DNA of 63,880 nt, the filler included, from Octopus bimaculoides (Eukaryota): NCBI RefSeq assembly GCF_001194135.2. It is 5 parts of 4 records of this genome, joined end to end, with 100 filler letters (N's around TTAATTAATTAA, not from the genome) between each part and the next. Parts side by side here need not be neighbours in the genome. Positions count along the whole stretch, not along the records: positions 12,127 to 42,211 come from NC_069003.1; positions 42,312 to 49,011 come from NC_068987.1; 3 more parts are not named here. One strand, 5' to 3'. This document shows, one piece after another, positions 35,706 to 46,467 of this stretch; within the stretch, counting starts at the first letter, position 1; each line of letters starts with the position of its first letter. A program made the position numbers and the translations under genes. The notes under the pieces are model-generated. The model searched no databases and had not been told where the DNA came from. It worked only from the letters and a program-made list of their open reading frames with translations.

Positions 35706-37034
35706 NNNNNNNNNNNNNNNNNNNNNNNNNNNNNNNNNNNNNNNNNNNNNNNNNNNNNNNNNNNNNNNNNNNNNNNNNNNNNNNNNNNNNNNNNNNNNNN
35801 NNNNNNNNNNNNNNNNNNNNNNNNNNNNNNNNNNNNNNNNNNNNNNNNNNNNNNNNNNNNNNNNNNNNNNNNNNNNNNNNNNNNNNNNNNNNNNNNNNNN
35901 NNNNNNNNNNNNNNNNNNNNNNNNNNNNNNNNNNNNNNNNNNNNNNNNNNNNNNNNNNNNNNNNNNNNNNNNNNNNNNNNNNNNNNNNNNNNNNNNNNNN
36001 NNNNNNNNNNNNNNNNNNNNNNNNNNNNNNNNNNNNNNNNNNNNNNNNNNNNNNNNNNNNNNNNNNNNNNNNNNNNNNNNNNNNNNNNNNNNNNNNNNNN
36101 NNNNNNNNNNNNNNNNNNNNNNNNNNNNNNNNNNNNNNNNNNNNNNNNNNNNNNNNNNNNNNNNNNNNNNNNNNNNNNNNNNNNNNNNNNNNNNNNNNNN
36201 NNNNNNNNNNNNNNNNNNNNNNNNNNNNNNNNNNNNNNNNNNNNNNNNNNNNNNNNNNNNNNNNNNNNNNNNNNNNNNNNNNNNNNNNNNNNNNNNNNNN
36301 NNNNNNNNNNNNNNNNNNNNNNNNNNNNNNNNNNNNNNNNNNNNNNNNNNNNNNNNNNNNNNNNNNNNNNNNNNNNNNNNNNNNNNNNNNNNNNNNNNNN
36401 NNNNNNNNNNNNNNNNNNNNNNNNNCATACACACAGTTCTGTCCTCTATCAAACTATCCCCACCCGACCCATAATTCCTACACCCCCCACCACCACCCAC
36501 TGCAGGCCTCTCCACTCTCCCTCACGTGCCTATCTGCACTCACTCCATGTTCCCACATGTCTACCACGCTCCACCTCCCAACCACTTCCTATTCCTCTCA
36601 ACATCACTTGTTATCTCTGCTATCTCTAAACATCTCCCCTCACATTCTTATGGAACATTCCCCCTCTGTACAACTTATACTACTCTCACTGTTCCCTGTG
36701 GGAAGACCCCTCTCTCTCTCTCTCTCTTCCACCTTTCTCTCCTTCCTAGTCCTACTGAGGGAGCCAAGTATCTCTTCAATAGGAAGAGGGCTACCTCTGT
36801 CCCTCAATCATATTCTAGTCCCTCAATTCCACTTCTTCTCTCAGCTAAAAGGTCTTTGTCTCGCTAGCTTGCAGGTGTTTGTTGCCACATAAAAAGCACC
36901 CACACTGGCACCACATAAACAGCACCCATCCTTGTGCCACATAAAAGGCACCCAGCACTCTGTAAAGTGCCCGGTGTTAGAAAGGGCGTCCAGCCATAGA
37001 AACCATGCCAAAAGATGGTGATTATACATACACA

Positions 37035-37360
37035 GTGAAGGCACGTGGCTTAGTGGTTAGGGCATTTGGCTCACGATCGTAAGGTCATGAGTTCAATTCC
37101 CGGCAACGCTTTGTGTCCTTGAGCAAGACACTTTATTTCACATTGCTCCAGTTCACTCAGCTGGCAAAAATGAGTAATGCCTGTTTTTTAAAGGGCCGGC
37201 CTTGTCACACTCTGTGTCACGCTGAATCTCCCTCAGAACTACATTAACGGTACACATGTCTGTGGAGTGCTCAGCCACTTGCATGTTAACTTTATGAGCA
37301 AGCTGTTCCATTGATCGTATCAGCTGGGACCCTCGTCGTCATAACCAACGGAGTGCTCCT
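37035..37360 (+). mobile_element. SINE family B, near full length
   Basis: A/B box head homologous to 3945-4263; ends at a (TACA)n tail. Confidence 0.8.
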
Positions 37361-37399
37361 ATACATACATACATACATACATACATAGAAAGCAAATAA

Positions 37400-37492
37400 A
37401 TGCATTACGGTTGTTTCCAGCAGGTCCATTTAATCGAACAATGCAATTATTACATCCATTTGAATGAAATACACTGCCATCTTCAGATGCAT
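37400..37492 (-). ncRNA. Type I hammerhead ribozyme motif (Penelope-type)
   Basis: Minus strand: ATGCAT-CTGAAGA-TGGCAG..(~50 nt)..CTGCTG-GAAA-C-AACC-G-TA/ATGCAT. All core residues are present, stems I, II and III can pair, and the predicted GUA cleavage lies between 37406 and 37405. Confidence 0.65.
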
Positions 37493-37499
37493 AAGACCA

Positions 37500-37640
37500 T
37501 GGGTTGTAATGCACTAATACCTTGACATCCTGGTTGCTTATTTTGATTTTATTCAACTTACTTCAAGCTGTGCAGATAATACCAGGCTGACTTGGTGCCT
37601 CAACTTACATATCTAATTCAACAGAATCTTAATTATTTCT
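37500..37640 (+). mobile_element. Penelope-like terminal repeat copy
   Basis: Direct homology to 33925-34062. Confidence 0.75.
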
Positions 37641-37770
37641 TACACACACACACACACATACATACATACATACTTACAGATATATGCACAAACACACACA
37701 CACACAAATATACACACGTGTGCGTGCACACATACACACATACATATATACATCAATACAGGAAAACAGA

Positions 37771-38462
37771 TTATCCTTCCTCCTTCATACTGTCACTGAC
37801 CTCTTGCCAACCCCATGCAATCTCAAAATATGGGGTAAAGAAAAAGACCCATCCAGCAAGCAGTGTAAGACCCTGAACTACATTTTGACAGGATGCCCCA
37901 GGGCACTAAGAAAAGGCCAATACAAGTGGATACATGACAAAGTTCTTTTAGAAATTGCCAAGTGGACTGATCTGCAAAGAGTGAAGGCTAATAAACACCC
38001 CCCCCCCTCCAAACGGCATCAAATTCCCAAAGGAAGGTTACAAAGCTTCCAGGGCGAAAGCGATGGAAGGGGACCCATTTTCTATTTTGCATTCAGCCTC
38101 AGACTGGGAGATACAAGTGGACCTGAGGGGCAGACTTGTCTTCCCAGAGAAGACAGGGGTGACACCACTCCAACAAGATATGTTCCTGGGTGGACAGACT
38201 TGGTATTTCCCACCACGTAAAGAAATCCAAATATCAGGACTTAATCGATGAAGCCCTTTTCAAGAGGTGGTATGAGGCCTCATTTTCCATTAAAATTGGC
38301 TGCCACAGCTTTCCACCTGGATCAGTGCTCGATTCCTTGCAGAAAGTAGATCTGGGACCCAGACAACCAGAGAAATACATTAGGGAAATAGTCACGGCAG
38401 CTGAAACGCTCTGGAAGACTATGGTTGATAAGAGACCTCATGTGGAGCCCTTCTGTAGATGA
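37771..38462 (+). mobile_element. HERO/NeSL-like non-LTR retrotransposon 3' fragment (zinc knuckle plus restriction-like endonuclease region)
   Basis: FLLHTVTDLLPTPCNLKIWGKEKDPSSKQCKTLNYILTGCPRALRKGQYKWIHDKVLLEIA / LHSASDWEIQVDLRGRLVFP / KKSKYQDLI...IKIGCHSFPPGSV parallels the HERO-type FLIRSVYDxLPSPxNL...HILSSCxxAL..GRYxWRHD...DWxLxVDL...KYxxL...VEVGCRGF pattern. Confidence 0.75.
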
Positions 38463-38664
38463 AAACTAGCTCTGACCTTGCTGCCCTACTTAGGTAAAAC
38501 ATACAGTCTAAGGGATGAAATGCATGTGACCCTGAGATACCTGCTGATGGGTTTCCAACACTGCAATGGATTTAGAAGAGCTTGTGAAACCTCTAAATAG
38601 CTCCTACAGTTTCTACAGGGAGTAAAGCATCTCTGATGTTTATTTCACCTATATACAGGCATAT

Positions 38665-38803
38665 ATGTGACTGTGTGGTAACAAGCTTGCTTCCCAACCA
38701 CATGGTTCTGGGTTCATTCCCACTACACGGCACCTTGGGCAAGTGATTTCTACTATAGCTTTGTGAGTGGATTTGGTAGATAGAAAGTCTGGAAGATGCC
38801 CAT

Positions 38804-38834
<31 letters not shown>

Positions 38835-39050
38835 CTTTATGTCTGTCTTTGTTCCCCCCATTACCACTTGACAACCAGTGTTGTGTTTACATTCCCATAA
38901 CTTAGCAGTGTGGCAAAAGAAACAGATAGAATAAGTACTAGGCTTTAAAAATAAGTCCTAAGGTTGTTTCAATCGGCTAAAACCCTTCAAGGCAGTGCTC
39001 CAGCATGGCCACAGTCAAATGTCTGTAACAGGTAAAAGAGTAAAAGAATA
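38665..39050 (+). mobile_element. SINE family A copy (diverged)
   Basis: Homology to 8004-8376. Confidence 0.75.
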
Positions 39051-39879
39051 AAAGTGTGTCTGTGTGTGCATGCGTGTTTGTGTATGTTTGCATGTGTGTG
39101 TGTGTGTGTGTGTGCATCTTTGTCTTTGTCCTTCCCTACCACTTGGCAATTAGTACTGGTTTCTTTACTTAGCAGTTCAGTTAAAGAGACTGACAGAATA
39201 AATACCAAATTTAAAAAAATCTGGTGTCAATTTGTGTGACTGATCCCTCCAAGGAGGGTGCCTCTGAAACCCCGCAGTCTAATGACTGAAACAAGGGAAC
39301 AGTAAAGGGCAAAACAAGGCATTTTTTTTTCAGAGGAATCCTTACAACATTTATATGCTAAGACACAACAGCAACAATAACAACAACAACTACAATAACA
39401 ATGGCAATAGTAACAATGAATACTCACTTTATCGGTCGAAGGAGAGTTTGTCGACGAATTGTACCCATATTTATTTTCATTGTTCTAGAAAAGATAATTG
39501 GAAACATTTAGTTGTAGGGTGTGTCTGCTATTTGATGAAACAAAATCTATTCCCAATCATACCTCATCGATTATGATTATGGGCAACAAACAGCATGTCA
39601 AGTTAAAAAACTAAATTTCCAACCCAATGACAGAGTGGCCACCAATTGATGGATTTCATTGATAATGAAACATTCAGTAACTCCACCCATTAACCACCTG
39701 TCAGTCTATTTTGTATATGTCAAACAAAAATATATGAACTTCAGATATGTATAAATAGAATGCTATTTTTTTTACATATCTATCTATCTATACACGACAT
39801 ATATAATATACTAGATGTAACTCAGAGTGGTTGTGACCCCTCCAAGCGGAAAATGTCAATATGTGGCAGCAGAAGACAA

Positions 39880-40480
39880 AATACTATTTTGAACTTCATG
39901 CAATGAAATTCTTGAATAATACGGTTCTCCTGCCTTTTGTGTGACAACATAAACACAACCAAGTGTTTCTTCATTGAAAAACGTTCAAATGGCCTTCAAC
40001 TTTTTTCCTCACTTTCTTCTTTGCCATTCTTTGTTACTTCTGTCTCAAATGGAAAACATGGGTACTTCAGCATAAAGTAATGTTTTTGCAAAGTCATCAT
40101 TGATGCACAATGAAAAGAATTCTGTCAATGTTGTTCTCCTGTCGTTCATTGACAGCCATATATATCCTCATTATTTCTGAGCAATATTCTTTGGTAGATG
40201 AACTTGCAGTCTCATTATTCCATGTGCTCTTTCATGAACTGAAAATCCTAAAATGGATTTAACTGCTTCGGATGGGTCAATATACCTACCCATTAGATAT
40301 TAACTAATTTCGTTATCATTGTTTATTTGAACAGCAGTTTGGTCTTTTCCTTTCAGCGTGTACTTGATGACGTACTTAATTTACTTCACTGAGGTAACAA
40401 TTTTAACGATGCAGTGGTATTTAAATGCTCTTAAAGGAGTTTCATTTGTTGTGGTTTGTTTTTCCATTCTTATGAGATTC
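39880..40480 (-). mobile_element. Helitron RepHel pseudogene fragment (end of the Rep domain and linker)
   Basis: LRAFKYHCIVKIVTSVK*IKYVIKYTLKGKD...EIS*YLMGRYIDPSEAVKSILGFSVHERAHGIMRLQVHLP / RTTLTEFFSLCINDDFAKTLLYAEVP / KEWQRRK...TLGCVYVV matches conserved Helitron blocks. Not in the ORF track because of stops. Confidence 0.85.
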
Positions 40481-41054
40481 AACTCCTCCCATTGCAACTG
40501 GTCTTCGTCTATAAAGATATAGTCTCTCTGTTTTTCTGCCTTTTGAAATAGTAATTTTCCCCTTTAAGAAAAAAAGTCAAGTAGCCGTGATTCAAAAAGT
40601 ATCTCTTAAAAATATTGGGAGAATTTCTANNNNNNNNNNNNNNNNNNNNNNNNNNNNNNNNNNNNNNNNNNNNNNNNNNNNNNNNNNNNNNNNNNNNNNN
40701 NNNNNNNNNNNNNNNNNNNNNNNNNNNNNNNNNNNNNNNNNNNNNNNNNNNNNNNNNNNNNNNNNNNNNNNNNNNNNNATATATATCCAAATTGAGGGAG
40801 TGGAACTGGTAAAATATCTTTCTTACACTATATCTTCTTATTCCTTATGTTTGACAGATTATGTTGTATATCTTATATATGTTCATTGAGTGGGTGTGAT
40901 ATGTTGAGTTGTTAACCCAGCGTTTTTATTCTATAACTAATATTTTACTCTTGTCTCAATTATTCTGAGCACTTCTTGCAGCCCTATATAAAATCTGTTA
41001 GTTTCATAATAAGAAACCATTAATATTACATGTATATATATATATATACATACA

Positions 41055-41279
41055 TAGGGTTGGCCAGAAGTCACCCAACAGTAAATCAAAATTGCATAAA
41101 TACTATCTGTATTGACTCGAATGGAAAAACATGTCACACAAGAAGGACTTCAGTTTGAACAATTTTCATGATGTTTCATATTTAGATGCTTTTATTAAAT
41201 TCATTCAGTTGTTAAACATAAATAAATCTTGGAATTAAATGGTTTTGATTTGCTGTCAGGTGACTTTTGGCCAACCCTG
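41055..41279. mobile_element. Tc1/mariner-type MITE (~225 bp)
   Basis: TAGGGTTGGCCAGAAGTCACC..ACAGTAAATCAAAA versus TTTTGATTTGCTGTCAGGTGACTTTTGGCCAACCCTG, with TA on the right flank. Confidence 0.75.
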
Positions 41280-41351
41280 TATATATGTAGAAAAGAAGCA
41301 TAAAGTATTAAATAAAATAAAAAAGGAAAAAAAAAAAGAGATACAATTTAC

Positions 41352-41420
41352 CTGATTACTGGATTTTTCTTTGAGTGCTGCCAATTTATGGTTTAAAGAC
41401 AACTGGGAATTGTCCCCCAT
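41352..41420 (-). CDS. GGPS1: Probable first coding exon of GGPP synthase (MGDNSQLSLNHKLAALKEKSSNQ)
   Basis: In-frame ATG, 23 open codons, CAG|gtaaat phase-0 donor matching the phase-0 acceptor at 28320, and an upstream pyrimidine tract with candidate acceptors. No sequence homology support. Confidence 0.5.
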
Positions 41421-41850
41421 TTCTGCTGACCCATGTAAGACAAAAAAAATAATGAAAATGTAAAAAAATGCGGTGGGGTTAGCTAAGACATATAAAACAT
41501 TAGAGACAGATGAATGGATTACATAATAAAGGTAGTTCAGTTGTGAAATGGTTTACAAGTGGACTTGGTGATGATTCACTGCAGACATCAGATGTAACTG
41601 GGAGAGAAGAATGAGTTCTGTGAAGAGCAGTTAAGATTTATGTATGCTATGTGTGTGTGTGTGTGTGTGTACATACGTACATACATACATGCATACATAC
41701 ATATATATNNNNNNNNNNNNNNNNNNNNNNNNNNNNNNNNNNNNNNNNNNNNNNNNNNNNNNNNNNNNNNNNNNNNNNNNNNNNNNNNNNNNNNNNNNNN
41801 NNNNNNNNNNNNNNNNNNNNNNNNNNNNNNNNNNNNNNNNNNNNNNNNNN

Positions 41851-41929
<79 letters not shown>

Positions 41930-41941
41930 CATGTATATATG

Positions 41942-41972
<31 letters not shown>

Positions 41973-42211
41973 ATATGTTTATGTATATATGTATAGATAA
42001 ACAGATGAAGGAATATATACACACACACACACGTGTGTGTGAATGTTTGTGTGTGTGTGTGTGTGTGCGTGCATAAACCAATAGAGGATTTTGACACATT
42101 TTTGTACTGTGAATTTGATAACTTAAAATAAATTTAGGCTGAAGATTAAAGATCAGTATCATATACATATAAATAAATACACATGTAAATATCTGCATGC
42201 GTGTGTATCTA

Positions 42212-42311
42212 NNNNNNNNNNNNNNNNNNNNNNNNNNNNNNNNNNNNNNNNNNNNTTAATTAATTAANNNNNNNNNNNNNNNNNNNNNNNNNNNNNNNNN
42301 NNNNNNNNNNN
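42212..42311. other. Artificial scaffold linker
   Basis: N44-TTAATTAATTAA-N44. Confidence 0.9.
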
Positions 42312-42616
42312 GTCGTCAGACCTCCCCTCCACTAGTCCTCTATAGAACGCATTGGTCGTTTGGAAGTTGCACAAGTTTGATCCCGGACGGCAGAGCTGTA
42401 GTAGAGCTTGGCGACACTCGCGGAGATAGATAGATAGAAGGAGAGAGGGAGACAGACATACATACAGGCAGACAGACAGTCAGACAGTGAGGGAACGAGA
42501 GAAAAAGAGAGTATAGTTTGGAGATAAAGATAGACGGATAAATAGGTAGACATAGATAGATAGATAGATAGATAGATTGATAGNNNNNNNNNNTGTGACA
42601 GCACGTCCGTGAGAAG

Positions 42617-42647
<31 letters not shown>

Positions 42648-43726
42648 GACAAACAGAGACAGACAGACAAACAGAATTTACCTCAATGATTTGTTTAGTA
42701 TAAATGGAACCACGAACTTTAAGACGGATAAAAACGACTCAGTAATTGAGTGGAATGCGTTTATCAGTTCTAAAATGACGATCTAACGAGGAATATATTC
42801 TACACGGTCACTAAACCTGCTAGAATTAGCAGCTAACTCTCCCTCACAACACACTGTGCCGTTTTACAAAACGTAAATATTGAATTAGTTAACATAGTCT
42901 TAGAGAAATGAACTGTACAAAAAAGTGATGATGGTCAAAGCTGGAACGACTTTGAATAATAAATACTTTTGATCATCGTGGACATTGGTTTAAACAGCTA
43001 AACACCTCCCACCCCCCACAAATCTGGAAAGATGAAAGATAAATTAGTCCCGCGCAAGATTTGAATTCATATTATAATAGAATCTAACGAAATATCGCAA
43101 ATCATTTTGTGCGATAATCAACGATTCTTGCCCACGCCTAACACCGTCACCACGTCCAACATTATTAATGAATTCTCATCATTAACGGGTTTTGAATTCA
43201 GAAGGATGAGCGATTGAACTATGTGACCTTGCTTGCGACACTCTTCTGAATCTTTAGCATAACTCATATGAATTATTATCTCAGCATCTTAAACTTTCTT
43301 TCTCACTTCTTTTCCTCTCGCTTCTCAAACTCCCTCTAACGCTGTCTCTCTCTATTTCTCCTTCTCTTCTCTCCTTCTCTCCTTCTTTATAATTCTCAAA
43401 GTACTTCCTCTTCGTTCAACATTCTCCAACCAAGTCCATACATCCGGTCCAGCGAGTAAATAACCAGCCCTCTACACATTAACACAATCCAGTAATACTG
43501 AATATCCGAGGTCAGCAAAGCAAAAAGGGATCAACCGTATGTGACACCTACCCTTTATAAATATCTGGCCCCTATTTCATATCACTAAATATGTCAATTA
43601 CAGTCTTTTAAATCACCAATCCCATTTTCCACCTTTATTTCGATTTGCAATTTCATTTATTCTATGTAACACACGCTTCTAGATGTTTATTCTACTTCTC
43701 TCTCTCTTTCTATCTATCTCTTTCTA

Positions 43727-43783
<57 letters not shown>

Positions 43784-44599
43784 AATTCNNNNNNNNNNCT
43801 AATTCTTTAGTCACTCCTTTTTAATTTGTTTTCATGTATCATCTCTTTGCTCATACATACATACATGCAAACATACATACATATATAAATATATACATGC
43901 ACACATGTATACATACAAATATACATACATGGATATAGTTGTATGTATGTGTGCGTGAATGTTTTCGTGCGTGCGCGTGCGTGTATCTATGGGTGTGTGT
44001 GTGTGTGTAAGGTATATGATATGGCGTGTGATAAATAAATTCATTTCACAACAAAATGCCCAGTGAATTATTTAACTATGGAATAACTTGGGCGTGGTAT
44101 TTGTACCGTAGCCATATTCGAGTGTTAGTGTGTGTGTATGTGTGTGTGTGTGTGCGCGTCTGTCTAATATATATATATATATACTAATATATACTTTTGT
44201 TATTTACACCACCTGTCCTCGTCTGTTGTTATTTTTTGTATATTCTCCCATATATATATATATATATATACACTGACAACATGAAGGAAAATAATGAGCA
44301 TAATATATTTTTCCTAATGGCTCTGCTTCATTATCTTTATATTTCTGAATTTCTGCCTATCACTCTGCATAAAATCTGTAGAATCTACATGTCAAAGAAA
44401 CTACTCTCGACAATAATTTGTCTCTTATGGAAGAGATACATGCAAGACTTTGATATATATCCGTATGCTGTGAAAAATCAAAAGGTGTTGGTCATTACCC
44501 TTTAATTGAGATTGAGAACGAAAGTGAAACTAATCTTGGGCGAAGTGACTGTAGGTAAATATATCTACTATGCAAGCTAATCCACTTTCTTACTTTTTT

Positions 44600-45110
44600 T
44601 TTCTAGCCGTCTTTTAAAATTAAATGGTTTCTTTCTTTGCTTTTATTTGATTTATATTTCGCTTTTGCTTTTCCTTTCTTTCATTCTTTCTTTCTTCTTT
44701 TGTCTTTGTTTATTTTTCTTTCATTCTTTCTTTCTTCTTTCATCTGTATCTTTATTTCTTTTTTTCCATGTTCCTTTTCATCTTTCACCCTTTATTTTTA
44801 TTCATCTTCCTTTACATCTTTCTTTTATTTTTTCAATTTCTATTTTTGCAGCTTTCTCTCTTTCTTTCTTTCCAGTATTATTCCTCCTCCATTTGCTGAT
44901 TTATTCTTTCATTCTTTCCTTCTGTCTTTCTTGCTATCTTCTTTCTTTAATTCTTTCCTTTTGTCTTTCTAGCTTGCTTTGTTTTTGCTTTCGTTTTTCC
45001 CATCTTTTTATTTCATTTCATGATTCATTCATACACAAATTCGTTCATTTTTCACTGATTCTTTCTATCATTGCAACTTTTTCTACTTCAGTCTTTGGTT
45101 CTCTCTTCCT

Positions 45111-45141
<31 letters not shown>

Positions 45142-45180
45142 TTTCTGTGTCTTTATTATAAATTTCGTTTCAGTTAATGT
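44600..45180. repeat. Low-complexity T/C-rich tract (TTTC/TTTA)
   Basis: Seen directly. The overlapping F/L/S-rich ORFs are spurious. Confidence 0.8.
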
Positions 45181-46429
45181 TTTTATTCGTACTCACCATA
45201 TTTAATTATATTAATATTTCTTTCTCGATTTCCTTTCTTCTATTCCTTCAAACGTTCTCTGTTCTTACATACGTACTGTTTGTCTCCAAATCTTACGGTC
45301 TTTTTTATTTACATCTCCCCCTCTATATTTTAATTCTCCGTTGATTCTCCGTTACTTTTTGTTAAATTCTTTCCTATTCTCATTTCACAAAATCTCTCAA
45401 ACCACACATACCACAGAACTGAACAATCCCAAAAAATATTTGTTGACATCTGATACTTGAGGTATAATTACTTTATACCAATAAAAATTAACGTGATTAT
45501 CGAGGCTAAAGCGTCTTAAATCATATACACAAATCTGATTTATCCCGTTTGTCTTGTGATTAAGCAACAAAACAAATTTTCAACAACAAACTAAACTGTC
45601 TTTCTCTGTATTGAGATAAATGTAAGGATGCTTAGTTAGATAATATACTACTAAAAGAATGTTTCAAAACCACGTGACATCCTTAAGATTACAACAGTTT
45701 CGCAGCTTTCTCCGTGTAGTATTTTAAGTGTGGAATAGAATTATGTGTATATGTTTACATTAATATGCATGCTATGCGTTATAAAATACAACTGATTCAA
45801 AAAAAATTAGTGCGAATAAAGAAAAGTCATCAGGTCACCAGAACATCACGGTTACAATAATAGTTCAACTCTAGCATACGTGATAAAAGCTAAATAACAT
45901 AGCTGCACATGCATGATGCTCTTTTATGACATGTAGATTAGGTCAATGCTCCCAAGTTAAATGTTTTCAAGTGATGTTGGGAGGATGAGCGAGATGAATT
46001 TGAATTTCTAACACATACTGTAATAAGTTTCAGCACTCAGTTGCTACGATACCTGGGATGGGAAACACTGTGTAAAATGTAATATGGCGCAGGCGTGGTT
46101 GTATGGGCAAGCTTTTTTTTATTTGCATCTGATGCATTTACGTATTTTCAGCATTTATGTGTGTGTGTGTGTTTGCGTGTATCTATCAATGTATTGACAG
46201 ATAGATATCTTTTTATTATAGCCACACAGGGCTAAATACAGAAAATGGACAAATTACAAAGTAGNNNNNNNNNNNNNNNNNNNNNNNNNNNNNNNNNNNN
46301 NNNNNNNNNNNNNNNNNNNNNNNNNNNNNNNNNNNNNNNNNNNNNNNNNNNNNNNNNNNNNNNNNNNNNNNNNNNNNNNNNNNNNNNNNNNNNNNNNNNN
46401 NNNNNNNNNNNNNNNNNNNNNNNNNNNNN

Positions 46430-46467
<38 letters not shown>

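Noticed and set aside
12127-42211. Orientation bias of SINE family A toward the GGPS1 sense strand
   Set aside because: Roughly seven of ten copies; too few to be meaningful.
42312-42425. GC-rich segment with an open minus frame (ECRQALLQLCRPGSNLCNFQTTNAFYRGLVEG)
   Set aside because: Short, cut by the scaffold end, with no convincing splice sites and no recognised homology.
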